Shown: one piece after another, positions 14,197-29,041 of the stretch | How positions within the stretch are numbered: the first letter of the stretch is position 1 | Layout of the letters: each line of letters begins with the position of its first letter | From: Lytechinus pictus | Taxonomy: Eukaryota | Direction: 5' to 3' | Assembly (NCBI RefSeq): GCF_037042905.1 | Contig: NC_087251.1 | Coordinates: forward strand, 14,696,001-14,760,000 | Length of the DNA stretch: 64,000 bases | The notes under the pieces: model-generated | Databases searched by the model: none | What the model was told of the DNA's origin: nothing | What the model saw: the letters and a program-made list of their open reading frames with translations, nothing else | Translations under genes and position numbers: made by a program

Positions 14197-17100
14197 GTTT
14201 TCTTTTTTTACTGTTGATCCTAAAAATATTGAAGCATTAAATTCCATTATCTATCCATAACCATTCCTTTCCCATGTGTAATCGTATTACTGCAAGTAGG
14301 GAAAAAATAAAATAAATATTATGATGCTAAATAAGTGCACAAATAAGCATTTCTGATATGGTAGAATTCTCCCAAAGTCACGTTCCTCCGATCAGTTTTA
14401 TTCCTGTCGCCTATGTAGAAAATAATGCCGAGTGAAATACCGGTTTTACATTTCATTGTTATTGAGGTAGATTCCATGTTCACCGTGCTTTCCCGTGTAT
14501 TCATCTTGTCTTTACTCTCGTATGCTATATATTTCCAACAAAAGAAATCTTGTACATTACTTTTGTTTCTTCATTAACATTATTAAGATATTTTTGCGGG
14601 CCATTTGATATTATTGTAAATTCGACAGCCACATATCATTGTACATCATACTAATTAAAAATTGAAAATTGAAGGGACATTGGAAGAGTTTAACAAGCTA
14701 TCAGCTTTAAGTTTAAAAATGCATCTCTAATCATGTAAATTCCTTAGTGAGGATTACAAATAGTATCCCAAGACTGAATCTGTTACTATTCCTGTTGCAA
14801 TTATAGAATTACTGATATTCGTAATTCGATATTTAACGCTTTTTTAAGATATTAATTATATTTAGTTGAAGCAATGTTCTCCAGTAAAAATGATAGCTGC
14901 TTTAAACTCCGACTCAAATAATCTCTCTTTAAACGGAATTGTAGTTTTAATTTTATACTGAGTTTGAATCACTTTTCTTAAACAAAACAAAAATTGAATG
15001 ATAATTTTAATCATATAATTATATGTATAGCAAAAGATGAGCCAGAAGAGAGAGCGTCGGTATAAAAGACATCTAATCTATATAATTTTATATTCTAACA
15101 AATTGGTTCTACAAAGTCGTGATAAATATCAGTTGTTCCGTTCACCGTGCATGACTTTTTGGGGGGTCTTATATTGCATTATTGGAAATGCATTTGTATG
15201 GTTGTTATCTTTTTATGTTTTTTATTGTTTAAAGATAAACAAATTTATATTGTTAATTGTGTGAAAATTGTGTTGTTATTCCTGTTGAGTTAAAATGAAA
15301 TAAGCTGAAAACGTGAGACTTAAAACTACAGAGGTCCCTTTTAGTAAAAATGAATGGAGTGGAACTCGTCTATAGTTGTATTGCTAAAACCCGATGAGTG
15401 GAACACTGGTAACCCATAATTAATTTCTTTCATAAGAATAGTAATTAGCATTCCGTTGGTTAATATTGTCCTGCTCGCAAGCGAAGAGAGTGAGTACTTC
15501 CAGATTCACCTTTACCTTTCCTTTTTCCCCCTTCTTTTTGCCAACGGATTGTGCGAACGTAACCCCCCCCCCCCCCCGCGCCCCGCGCCGCCCCTAACTT
15601 CGTCTTTAATGCAGAATAAAATGGCAATTATTAAAGTATGGTCTGTTTAAACGATAAAGCTAATAAAAGATTTAATCAATTACTTTCTTTTCATTCTGGT
15701 GCACACACGAAAAATATTCTACCACAAACAATACTAACACATCCCAACACGACAAAGCTCATTTCCCTAGATTCTTTTTCAGTGTATCATTCATGTTGCT
15801 GTTTATTCTAGGTAGCATCGAGTTTAAACTGTTTATTGACCTATTTTCTTTTCTCGTACTTCCTATAATAATGTCCTCCACATTCAATTTTATTAATGAT
15901 CATCATTTACCCTCGGAATCTTCAGCGATCTATAGCTCTAAAAAACAAAGGTAAATGCTTTCTATCTAAAGTGGTTTTTCCCATCAAGACAATCAGTGTA
16001 AATATCCTGCAATTTTCCACTACGAGGCCAATCACCAGAAATAAATTGATAATTTGAAGTCATCCATATTTCATGGCTAGCATGGTTTGGCTGCCATACT
16101 GAGCTCATGAACGTGAATGATATATTCATAATTCCATTGATTCCTTTTCATTATGGATGGAGATCAAAAATACCACCAAATTTACAAGGCCTATTCTGTT
16201 TCTGTAAAAACGAAATAAAGAAATATAATTTGTTTAAATTTAAGTACACTCTTCCCGCAGAGAATCACTTAATTTGATTTGTTTTTATCTCATTGCGTCA
16301 CTGCAAGAATGCTTCCGGTTTCATCACCTTTGGTATGAATGAGTTGATTTTGTTTTAGCTCAACAACGTCTCTGCGACGGCTCGGAGACTCGTTGAAAAT
16401 GAGGGGGTGTCACATAAACGCCGTGGCCATTCATTTTGAGACGTCGTGGGGGCGTTGCACCTATTGACTTCTGTGTTATGGTCGTTTCTAAATTTTATCG
16501 AGAGGGGCCACGGAAATAATAAGCGACGTGTCTCCTTTTTTAGAACGCAAGGATTTTTTTTAATCATTTTATTTTACACGAATAGCAGTGCAGAGCAATG
16601 TGAAACCTGGCCTTCACTAAATTGTGGAGGGCACAACGTTCATTGCAGTGTCAATTATACTTCATGACCAAAATTTCCATAATAGAAGTAAAGAAATAGG
16701 TATTGATAGGTCCTGTGGAAAATGTCTTAAGCCTAGATTTTTTTCAATAGAGCTCGTTGATCACAAATATTTTGACTCTGCTGTCGACAAAAGGTGAATG
16801 TGCAGAAAATTCGCAGCCTTCACCTCTGATTTGTCATCCGAGCTGAAAGCCTCGACCAAGTTATTGTAATTATGGACATGTATGCTTTTAAGAGATGAAA
16901 ATTCTAGTAGACGGGAATATTAGAAAGAAATCAAATCTAAGATGTATTTATGTAAACGGATTTCAGATGGATATGGAATGATTTGGATTATGTGGTGCAA
17001 AACATATATTATGTCTCTTTCCGTGATGAGCGGTCTTGTCTTGCATAATATTTTTAATGTTAGAATCGAGAGAATGATATAGAACTATATTTAGAAGTAC

Positions 17101-17493
17101 TTTGTAACTTTATACTGTAAATGTTTTCGAAGTAAGTTAAGTCTTTTTTTACTTCTTAGAATCATAGCTTCATAAAATCATAAATTTCTATTACAATAAT
17201 TGTTACGGCAGTCATCATGGCTGATTCATTCAGGTTTATTTCACTTGTGTTCATTGGTTTAATTCTATTTTGTATTTATTTTCATCATTTAGTGAAGTGG
17301 CATTTAGCAAATAAAAAATATGGGAGGTTGTGTTCATGCTTAGATTAGGTGGAAGCAAATAAATTATTTTGCTCCTGTTTTTCTCCTGTACAATATGTTT
17401 CGACGGCAAATACATCCGATGGTGGTGGCATTACCTTGGCCTCTTTTTATCTTTTGTGTCCCTTTCCTTTAGCATGTTTAGCAAATCCTAGAT

Positions 17494-19115
17494 CAGTGGC
17501 GTAACAGGCGGGGGGCAGGGGGGGCAAGTTGCCCCCCCCTGGCGGATTTCACCGGGAAAATAAAAGAAAAGCGGGAAAAAGAAAAAAAAAGGAGGGAGAA
17601 AGAAAGGGAAAGGGGAAGGAAAGGGGAAAAGGAAAGGAGGAAAGGAAAGGGAAAGGAAAAAATGAAAAGAAAACGAAGAAAAAACTTTTTTAATAGAAAA
17701 GGAAGGAAAGCGGGAAAATATACGAAAGAAGAACATTTGAGAAAGAACGAATCATTCCGAAATAGGCCTATGTAATGCAATAGTACGGTGGGAAATAAAT
17801 TAAAAGATGAAAAAATGTCAAACAATAGCGGGAAACAAAGGTAGAATGTAATTAGTCAAAAGCTAATTTTTGGAAAACAAAGAAAAGGGATAAGAAAAAA
17901 AAAATAACACGACCGGGCTGCCGATGATTGAAATTAAAGAGCGGGGAGAAAGATGGACTGCATACAACATTGTGCTATAAGCTTGCTAAATTTTATGCAA
18001 ATAAGCTACCGGGGCTTTGCCCCAGACCCCATGCAGTAGGGGCTCTTCATTTATAACCTTCAAATGGCTCTATAACACCCCCCGTTCACAATCACGTTCA
18101 ATCACTGCACAGGCGCGGGGGGTCTTGGTTCCACACCCAAGAGGAAATAAAAGAAATTATAGGAGACAACGTATAGTGAAATGAATGGAAACATTGAAAT
18201 GTGTTATTTGCTGAATATAATGAAAAATCTATCACATAATTAGAATGTAATTTCAATAGGCAATTTTTTCCAGCTCGCTTTGCACGCTGGCGACGTTTTA
18301 CAGATTTTTCCCACATTACTATGTTTTGCCCCTCAAAATATTTGGTTCATTACGCAACTGGGTTGAATAAATGTGTTGTGTAAAAGCTATATCCTGTACA
18401 TGCCCGCGATTTGATCAAAATAGCGGCAATCTGCGAGGTTTAAATGGCTTTGATATCAAGAAGTTCCGGGGGCTCCGCCCAGGACCCCAACCGTACAGAA
18501 CTTCGTATGGAAGGGTTGGGCCATGGCCCCAAAAAGTTCTACAAACAAGAACAAAAAAAAAGGAGGAAAGAAAAGCAAAGGAAAGTGTAGAATATGATTT
18601 TATTTACTGAATATAATATCAAAAAATAGCTCAAAGTATGTAGTATGCAGTATGTGTATTTTGTTTCCTTTATTGCAAAGCGCGTAGAGAAACTTTCAGT
18701 TTATTATGCGCTATATAAGAGAAGTATTATTATTATCATGAAAAGGTGATTTTTTTTCTCGCTCGCTTCGCTCGCTCGGGACTTATATAAAGCAGCTTTT
18801 TAGCTCATGTGCTATACTGCGCCCCTCCTTTTTTTTTACTCTTCACGCTACTGCCACAAAGAAGAGTGAAATATATTATTCTCTTGATATCATGTCAAAA
18901 TCTATCACAAAATTTGATTTTTGTATTAAAAAGGTCAAATTTTTTGCTCGCTCGCTCCGCTCGCTCGCAACTTTTTTTAAAGATAAATTCTGCCCGATAC
19001 GCAATATATGGCCTTCTCAAAATAGTCGCCTCATTACACCTGTTCATACCATGATATGACCGGAAAATTTTGGGCTCTTGCCCCCCCCCCCCCCTGGCCA
19101 CCGACCCCGCCGCTG
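17494..19115. mobile_element. Composite non-autonomous hAT-like element with 8-bp TSD
   Basis: Begins CAGTGGCG and ends CGCCGCTG; identical TCCTAGAT at 17486-17493 and 19116-19123; internal TIR-like end TTACGCAACTG at 18350-18360; no transposase ORF. Confidence 0.8.
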
Positions 19116-19899
19116 TCCTAGATCCCTCTCTCTTCTCCCTTTCTTCGCCCATTCCCCTCTTTCTGAATATGTTTAGGTGCCACGAGCCTAATTACAACAG
19201 AGGAAGGCAAAAGATATTCATTCGACCCAACACATTCGATATTTTTTTCATTTGATACTGCTGATTGACAAGTGTCTAAATATGATTGGCTTTCTAAACA
19301 CTGATTATATGGATGGCAACTACTCAACTTCCTTTGCCCAAATTAGGACGAAATATTGATGACTTTGGAACTTTTTTTGGCTGGCGGAAGAATCAGGGCT
19401 ACTTTACTGTGTCAGGTGATAAATTTGATCCCTTGAGGAGATGTCCTCATAAATGCCAAATTATTTTTAGAATGAGCTGGCTAAGGTACCCTTTTCTGTT
19501 CGGATATGGAATGTCTGATATATGTCCTATCCACTGGTAGTAAACATTTAACCCTTTAATTTCAACTTCATTTTTTAAGAATTTTTATAACAGTGCCATT
19601 TTAACACATAGGTCTATGGGAAGTGTTTTACGCGCGTGATCCCTAGAGCGGGGGACACCGAAAATCCTAATGAGTGAGAAATCTTTGGTTTTGTTTTTAT
19701 TACTTGAAGATTCACTTTCTTGATTAGGAAGAATGTTAGTCTAGAGGCTCTGAGGATATAGCTTTACCGCTGAATGACGATATTTCATAATAAAACAAAA
19801 TTAACAGCTTGGTATGATCATAACTATGGCTGTTATAAATATTATTATCAGCATCGTCATCATCATATTATTATTACCAATAATTTTATTATCATTATC

Positions 19900-20400
19900 A
19901 TCAAATATTATTTCAATTCAATACGATTCAAAATTATTTTATTTTCCAGACCATGTATATACAAGATAAAAATCCATAATCGTTAAAATTCATTGATGAG
20001 AAAAAAGGACACAAACAGAAAGCAGGGCTTGTAAATAAAACTATTTCTTTCTTTTTTTACAAATAGCATGGATAATGAAATAACAAGGCAATGATACAAA
20101 ACACAATTAACAAAACACAAAGTAATACAATAAACAAACAAACTAGGGGAGAAACTATATATTAATCATTATATACATAGAATAATTATGTTGAGTTTCA
20201 TTTTATATTTGAATGAACTATAAGACTATTGCATTTTGTTATATTGTTGTTTAGAGAATTCCATATTCTAGGTCCCTGATGTCTAATTAATTTTAACGAC
20301 CTTGTTAATTTTGCTCTTGTTTATCTACCATGTTTTTTGTTATTTATCTTTGTCATACTTGATTAAATAATTATCTTGATTACGACGTGAGTGCAAAACA
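19900..20400 (-). mobile_element. 3' end remnant of a CR1/L2-group LINE
   Basis: Minus strand near 20250-20290 encodes IRHQGPRIWNSL, typical of the ORF2 C-terminus, followed by a T-rich 3' UTR-like stretch; boundaries approximate. Confidence 0.55.
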
Positions 20401-22493
20401 TTATTTCCAGTATCATGCTGTCGAAATGGGTATAATTGGGACTGATTGATAGACGGAGGAGGATTTTCCTCCTGATGACGAACAGGTCCTCGTAACTGAG
20501 ACAAGAGTGATGATGAAGGTAGTGCCTTCGCGAATCTTGAGCAAAGTGATCATCCCTCTTTCCTTCCGGTACGTCCTGCTTCCCGTTGCATTAATGAGTT
20601 TGACATCGCCGGTAATCTCGGCACTGCCATGTTCGGGCACACTTTGCTCTTCGGTGTCATAGCTGGGGTACAGACATTAGTTGGCACTCGGTGTCAACAG
20701 GGGCACTCTTGCACTGGGCATGCTAGATTGATGAAAACAGTCATATTGATCTGGGAAGAGAGACAGGGAAACATAAAGGCATCTTATTTTCTAGCCGCCT
20801 TCCTCAATATCACTCTTTTACCGGTGCTGAAATTCCCCTATTTATACTCCCCTCTTTCTCGAAAGTGTATAGGGTAGGGACATGACATGGTGTATATGGG
20901 GCAAAATTACTCGAGGCTGCGAGCGAGCAAAAAATAACCCTTTTAATGCAAAAATCTAATTTTTGTGATTGATTTGACATATAATATACAACAGATAGAA
21001 AAAGGATTTCATATTTTCACAACCTTTCCTTTTCTTTTTCTCCTATTTTTTCTTGGTTGTGAATCTTTTCTGAGGCATGGCCCCTCAGGCCCACACCACC
21101 CATCTGTACCCCAGTACTACCGTACAAATTTTCAACTATAAGACACAGGATTGAAAGTGCTGGTGTGTAAGACAAAGGAGTTTTTCTTTCAAATAATAAA
21201 ATATCAACAAAATACATGTATCAGGAAGGTGAAATGAACTCTTCCTCTGGTCTATAATAATCGCCGGTACATTTCCAAGTCTCGGTATTTTCGACGGGGT
21301 GGCATTCCCCTTTCCCGTAAGACTTACCAATACTACGCCATTGACAAGTATATTGGACACGGTTTGTCCTCGGAGGAGATTCTGTGCTCAAGGAACAACT
21401 TTTTTGTAATTAAGAACACAATTACATCAAAATTTAGGATGGTTCAATATCAAACGGTATTGACAATTCTTCCTGTGGTTTACGATTGGCTCGAAGGTTC
21501 GGGAAAAGCATTTCCCGACAAAAATTTCATCCCCCCCCCCACCCGCCGTTCCTGCATTTAAATTTTTTCCTTTTTTTAAAGGAAAGAAAACGAAATGAAG
21601 GGATCTAAGCTTACATCATTTAATGACGTCATTAGGGAATTGGTCAACTTATATATAGTGATCACTTAATTGGACAAAAGTTAGGTCATTTGTGACCCAT
21701 CGTGTGAATAATGAAGAGACAATATCGACAGTATTTTTTCAATGATGAAAGTAATACACGACACATAACATGCCAAGATAACCTTATTTGTTTAGGTTTG
21801 GAGATCCAACTTGATATCTTTAAAATTTAAATTACAAGTAATGGATAGATAATTTATTTTTATTTCTTTAAACAATATTATTAGACAGTGCAATTGGTTT
21901 ATGTTTTGTGGTCTACACTTCTACAAAACTTTTTTTCTTTGTAAAAGAGAAATATCTAACATCTAACTTAAAAACATTAATGGATTTCTTCATAATAACT
22001 TCATTTAGATCATGTCAGAAATCCTAATGAATGTATAAAACAAATGTTTGCATTAAAACAGAAAACAGTTTGAATTTTCCTATAACAATCAAAACAGCTT
22101 ACGTCACGTCCTATGTTGCCTACATTGGACAAATAATTTCAAAAAGCTGTCGAAATGTTTTTGATTTTCTCTTGAGTTGCATTTCAAAAATAGACACAAA
22201 TTATGTGCCTATATCAACTAATTTTCGTAAGCACTTCAAACTTGAGAGCATTTATCTAATTTTGCCGGTGTAGTATGACATCGTCAATGACTTACCAAGT
22301 TATCATTGATTAACCCATTGTGGCAATTACGGGATCTCAATTTGGAATAAGCATTTCACCATGACGTGTCATTTCTGTCTTGTTCTGGTACAAGGTGATT
22401 ATCGCCGGTCATTAATGAGAGAAATTAGCCAACGGACTCCCACTTCACCCATCGGTTGACTCGTTTGAGTCATCTTCTATCCGATGTTATCTC

Positions 22494-22507
22494 GTTTCCA
22501 TAGCAAC
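22494..22507. promoter_or_regulatory. RFX X-box motif
   Basis: GTTTCCATAGCAAC matches the canonical palindromic X-box; AP-1 (TGAGTCA) and ETS-like (ACTTCCG) motifs lie within 30 bp. Confidence 0.45.
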
Positions 22508-23979
22508 TGATTACTTCCGTACCTCGTGGATAAACATGTCATTGATAGCCTGGAAAGAGTGAAATTAAAACTTACTAAAAAAATGAGATGACATGCAGAT
22601 AACCGTTTCCGACAATATTTTTTTTTCCATTCAGCTTATCATCGATGATAAATGAAACGAGCCAGTTTCCAGATATCAATTGTTAATTATAAGTTAAATA
22701 GAAGCTTAGGGAATCCCAAGAAAACATGATATAAAAAGATATTTCGAGGTTGACTGGTTATCAGCCATATGCTTCCGGTCCATTGCCTCGGTAAGTGAAT
22801 CACGAGGATGACCTAAAGTGGATTATATTCTAACTAAATTGATATTAGGTATTATCATCAGATATTCAACCAAAAAAATAGTTCAAGGAAGGTTCAATAT
22901 CTCTTTACTCTTTTCTTCTTAAGCATTTCAGCTGCACCACTGGGATTAGGAAGCTATTAATGATCATGGCATATTGACGTATGAGCTCTGATCGACAATG
23001 AGTATGACGTCACTGGGGAGTGATGGACATAAACAAATTGATTAAAGAGTGGGAAAGTAAATAATCCACATAGCTGGAAAGAAACAAGAAGGCTATATGT
23101 CATTAAGAAATGCTAAATCAATATTTCTATCAATAAATGGCATGACATTTTGAACACAATTTCCCTCCCACTCTTTTTCATCATTCCTATTTTTCGTTGG
23201 TCATTTGTGAAGTTTTATCAAGCGGCGCCTTTTTTTTTACTATGAAGTCAGATTTTGGCATCTACAAAATATACATATGTGTATTTTTTCGAATTGCGTT
23301 GATTTTATTGAATTTAATCTTCATTTGCTCCTGTCTGCAATAGGAAAGGGAGAATTCTTAATCATTAATGAAACTATGATAAAGATAATATCTTGCCAAA
23401 TGATACAAACAGAGGGGATAATTATTTTCTCGATGTGCATGATCTAAGTATCATATGGAAAAGGGAAAGATATAGTTTTTGTGAAAATGATGCTTCAATA
23501 ATAATTATTTAGGAATTAAAAAAAAAATCCTTCATATGTCCAGACCACTTCAGTTAACACTTTTTAGTGTGTTTACTGTGAACAACATACTAAATTGCTA
23601 GCATGGCTGGAGCAAGCTGACTTCCACGCAGGCTTATCACATTCGTGGACCGAATCTCCTCCCTCTCATGTCGTAAATGCTGAATGAAATTGTCGTCGGT
23701 CAAAGACAGTTCAGTGGCTTGCTTCTTGTTATCATTAATCATTTCTATAATACGACAAGAGAAACCTCAAAGCAAGATATAATATTCATATTTCTTACCA
23801 ATTTTAGTTTGGATTCCTTGGTCAAAAGTTGTGGGGCACCACAATGAGATGTATATACAAGTAAATAACAGTTATCTTTTTTTAATTCCTTGTGAATTAT
23901 CCAGGATTTTGAACTTTGTATCCAGACTCTTCTTGTATATTTGATTTCGTTACCACCCTCTCTCCTCTATGCCCACCCC

Positions 23980-24140
23980 ATTCTCTCTTCTTCCTCTTTT
24001 TCTTCTTCTCCTCCTTCTTCTTCTCCTTCTCTCTCTCTAGCTTCTTCTTCATCTCTTTCTTCTTCTTCATCATCTTCTTCTCTTTTTTCTTCTTCTTCTA
24101 CTTCCTATCCTGTTCCTCGTCTTCTTTTCCTCCTCCTCGT
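23980..24140. repeat. (TCT/TTC)n low-complexity tract
   Basis: Explains the poly-Ser/poly-Phe ORFs at 23916-24297. Confidence 0.85.
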
Positions 24141-27100
24141 CAAATGCATGCATGGACGAGCATTGGCCCTTTTAATCAAGGAGTCAGCAGTCACTGCCCT
24201 TCTATACATCCTACTATTTTACATCGATAAATTGTTGAGGCAAAAAAATATATATCACCAGTCTAACCAAGCACCAATATTGCAGTTATTGTCATAAATT
24301 TCAGATGTCATGGGGATGCAGATTTACCAATATATCATTCGGGTCGAGTTATTAAACCTTCTGAAGTGTCAACGAGATGGGCATCGTATTTCAGAGTCTT
24401 CCTCAATATTACATGCCCATTGTGTCATTGTATTCTAGAGTTGCCATATTTTTTTCTCTCATTTTTTTTGCCTTTGGCCAAAGTTAAAGCTCTTCATGAT
24501 GAAAAAAATTGTCGTGGTTCTTTGCAAACAGTGAACTCCCGAAAGGGACTGCGCATCAAAATAAAAGATGGGGGTATAGATATTTTCATGTTTTAGCATC
24601 TTTGTTTAGAACATATACTATGCCTGTGTATATTTTCTGTCAAAAAATTAGTTGGTAAGCGTATCATCAAAATAACATTAAAATATAAGAAGCATCAACA
24701 TTGCAACTTTGAAATCATACAGTGTTGTATAGTTTCAGGGGCGCGGATCCCCGCTCACACCCCCAGAAAAGTGTATTTGATTAAAATAATATTTTGGAGG
24801 GGAACTTTGACATTTATATGATAAACCTTTTACTTGTTTGTCAGATTTAATGTGATGGGATTTTTTTCTATTTAGGGTGAGGAGAACAAATTTTTGACAA
24901 AGAACTGTCCCTTAAAGAAAATGAAAATAATAATGATGTTATTAATATCATATAATACTAATAATAACAATATCAATAACAATAATAATATAATTATAAT
25001 AATAATAACTGGAAATGTATCGATAAGAAGACAGTATGTTGAGTATTATTCAATAGACATAGACATAATTTCTTATTTTTTCTTTTACACATTTATCTAT
25101 CACTCGTTTCTCTACAGAAATAAAAGTGCCCCTCCAAGATGCCGCACCCCTCGACTTTCTCTTATTCACCATCGTACTTATTATTTTCACATGTATTCCA
25201 ATGGCCGTCTATACGATGCCTAATTCTGTCACATATAGATTTTATTCTTTCAAAATCAGTTTTACATACCAGCTGTCCAACTGTCGATTTTATGCATAAA
25301 CCATCGCATAAAAAAAAAACCTCCCAACCAAAATACCTTAAAGGGTTGTAAATCGAATATTCGTTATTGACTGCAATAACGGAGTGAGGTGCTCCTAGAT
25401 TTTTAAGAAAATATAGTTTGGCTTGACATTTAGACGACAAATTTACCCCCGAGTGTTTAGTTAGCATACTTTTTTCTTCATGAATTCGGCAATACGGTTC
25501 CTTTTTGTAACATTAGTTTAAAGGTTATATATAGCTACGAATATATTAGCCTATAAAATTTATGTTGTCATAAATGAAATATAATTTTCAATATTTTGGT
25601 GGATAAGAACGTTACATATATCTGTCATTAATAACAATTTATGCAGTCACTGAACTCTCAGATGAATTTTCCAGGCTGATGATCAAATCATACAACACTG
25701 GTGCACAAATTTGCGCCGCTAGATTATTTTATTCTCCAGACAAAAATGAATAAAAAAATTCTGAACTTCGATAAAATTAGAATCACGTTATTGAAGTATT
25801 ATCTGATAATACTACGTGTTATTTTCCAGGCGTTGTGAAAATAAACTTTGGTAACTGAGAACCAAAATCTCACAAAATGAAGGTATAAAATTTCTTGCTG
25901 GCTTTAAACATCAAGGACGATTATTTGCGAGATTCAAAGCAATTATTCGCAAATTTGAACTATACAGGAATGTGAAGCAGGTTGAACAGTTCATATCGCG
26001 CTCGACTTCATATCAAAACTGGTTATCTTGAGGATCAAATTCAAATCCTCGACCCACAATTCCTCATTCCCTCTCGAATTCGAGATTAATGAGGAGAAAG
26101 ACCTGAAAAAGCACCTAGGTTTAATGTATATTTTAGATTTCGGAATATCTATTTCCCTCGTTAATATACAATCACATCTCCGTCTTGGGCAGAAAAGCCT
26201 TCTTTATCCCCAAGACTGGGAAAACTCTTCATATTTCGGTAAGGATTTGGATGCTTCGGCGATTGATAACGATAGGGGAGACAGATAAAAATAAACATCT
26301 TCACGATCTGGGAGGGACGGAAAAATCAAACGACTTCCCTCACGCTTCTTTGCTTTTCTATCCCGAATCTGTCTCATATTCTCTCTCTCTCTCTCCTAAT
26401 TTTTAATTCTTAACTCTCTCTTCTTTTCTTTCAATTTCTTTTTTCCCTTCCTCTCGACTTCCTCTACCACTTCTAACCACGGACCTCTTCCATCCCTCTC
26501 TCATCTTCTCCATTTTCAATCTCCCCCGATACCCCTCTCCCTCCCCTTTCTTTCTCTATTCCTCCCTCCCATCTGAATATTTTAAGCATCAATTCTCTTC
26601 GAGACAAGATTTTGCGTGGTATTTCTTGTATAAAACAGCACAGCGCCAATCAACAAATTGACATCGGTTTCAATCGCATAGAACAGCAACCAAATATCAT
26701 CCATCGGACCATCTTTTTTTCTTTCCTTTCATTTTACATAGTTTTCACACTAATTCTCACGTAACGCATCGTTCAAAAGCAATATGCATTGTAATTGGAG
26801 TAGAGATCAATTCGAAAGTTATCGATTACCTTAAAACGTGTGTAATCACGGATCTCCCAAATGGTTTCTCGTGCTCCAATTAAACACAGCTGTATTTTCC
26901 CAAAAGAAATACAGCAATGACAGCGTTCACTTCTAAATCACTCATACCTTTTTCTCACTTTGAGAAGGTATTGAACCAGAAATTCTGCGATCAAACAGAT
27001 ATTTCATATCGTCTTTCTAAACGAATCGTAAACGATTTAAATTTGTTTTGCCGATGAACTTGATCTTCATCATGTTTGACAGCTCAAATGGCCATCTAGA

Positions 27101-28826
27101 TGCATTTAGATAATGGGAGTGTGTGTGGGAGGTGTGACGTCACCGCGAGTATGAACTTGAAAACACAGAGAGGCCTTCCCACATCAAAACAAAAAGATCA
27201 CATTCAAGAACTGGATTAAATTGTAGCAATTCATGTTTTTAGGATAAGTGGCAAGTAAACATATAAGCTGCTCGATGAAAATATAGGCCTACTGGAAAGT
27301 TTCTTCATCATCACAAAAGGTTGTGAGTAGAAAAGGTGAAAATTTAAAGTAGATCAATTGAAGAGCTACAAGAATAGTTTGAAAGAGAGATTCAAGGTAC
27401 TTTGGGGTGAAGAAGAATGAGAGACAGTGAACATATTGAAAAATAAGTTTATATTCAAAGCATATGAATACAATTGGAAAGTGAAAGAAGCAGAAATATT
27501 TCTGAAGATCATTTTTTTTGTACAAAATTCAGAGATACTAAATTTTCAATAACCCTCAGTGAGAACTGAAACAGTAGTATGAGGTGAGATAACAGCAACT
27601 TCCACAAACCCTACAATAATTTTTCCCAACAAAGATTTTTTTTTTTTGGCCTCACCAAAGTTTTCAAAGGGTAAATAGCTCTGGGGAAACTCGATTTAAG
27701 CTACACCTACCATTGTTCTCTTCATTCATTTCTGTCACAATATACATGTAAATAAAAAGAGTTTCTAAAGCTGTTGTACACGTATAAATCCGCACATGTA
27801 TACATACACACATATATTTATGTAGAGTAAAAATTAAGAGTTGGCATATGGCTCACCAAAATATGTGACAATGACGTTTCCTGTTCAATCAAACAGGAAC
27901 AATTCATAGGAATGAATACAAAATGAAACAGCTTTCTAATCACTCAATTCACCCACATCTTTATTTGTACTTTAATAGACTGATTTTCAAAATATTAAAT
28001 TATTTCACATGGACAAGGTAAAGACAGTAAAGCAATTCCAATAGTAATCATTGTTATTCAAATAATAGAAGCTCATCATAATGCATATTGTCAATAACAT
28101 TTACAATAACTGCACTAGTACATAAGTGCCTTACACTTCCATACATGTTGATTCATAACTGAGGTAAAGGTAGTAACATGTAAAGGGAATTTTGAAATCT
28201 TAAAAGTTTTTAACTGTAGCAATAGTCGCCTAATGGAGATGATTTGAGTACCACATATTTGAAATTTCCTTTTTCAGATTTGTATGATGATATTGGATAG
28301 ATTTACTATTTCAATACATTTGTCATGGTTGATAAATGACCCAACATAATATGTTCAATTATTTTGCCTTTACTATGCAGAAGAATATCCCCCCAAAAAA
28401 ATTGTTTCCTGTGATTTTTACTTTCCGTTATCTTGATGACATCATCAATGTATTTCAACATTTCAATTTCATTCAAGAATTTCAGTAATAAATTGCTAAA
28501 TCCTCCAATTTCAACAAATCAATGGGGGATATGGAAAGCAAATGTGAAATCCATCATCTGAACACAACCGTTGTTAAGCTTAAAACATGGCTGTACTTTC
28601 TGCCAAATCAAGATTTGATCAGGTCACAAGGTCACATGATCAGGCTAGGTGATCGGGTCAGGTGGTCAGGTCTGCCACATGAAGTAGCATCATCTAGAAT
28701 ACTGATCACTCTCTTTATACATACTGCACCATATCCATATCCTGTTTCATGTCTATCTTTCCAAGGCCACAATAAATTGCTACACAAGATGATAGTCTTT
28801 AATGCTACACTATACTTGATAGATCT

Positions 28827-28889
28827 TCATAATAACGAGTCTGGGATCTCCTTCCTGATGTAGCGCTCCTTGAAGTGTTCTTGAGTGTG
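28827..28889 (-). CDS. MRPL48: Mitochondrial ribosomal protein mL48, last coding exon
   Basis: tacag acceptor; HTQEHFKERYIRKEIPDSLL*, resembling the vertebrate MRPL48 end HTEEDFKGRF; phase 0 with the upstream exon. Confidence 0.85.
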   Translation of the reverse strand, partial: HTQEHFKERYIRKEIPDSLL

Positions 28890-29041
28890 CTGTACAGGAA
28901 AGAATGAGAGCAAGAAGAAAGAATACTGGAAAAGTTAGATCGTAATCAAAACTTAAATGTCCTATCTTATTAACAATAATCCAAATATTTTGAGTAATGA
29001 GATTATCACACACGAAAAATAATAGTTATAAAGAACATTAA

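Noticed and set aside
16786..16835. Hairpin as pre-miRNA
   Set aside because: The stem is short with large bulges and matches no mature miRNA I recognise.
17488..17825. Phe-rich membrane-protein-like ORFs (also 41792-42105)
   Set aside because: Translations of polypurine tracts within hAT-like elements.
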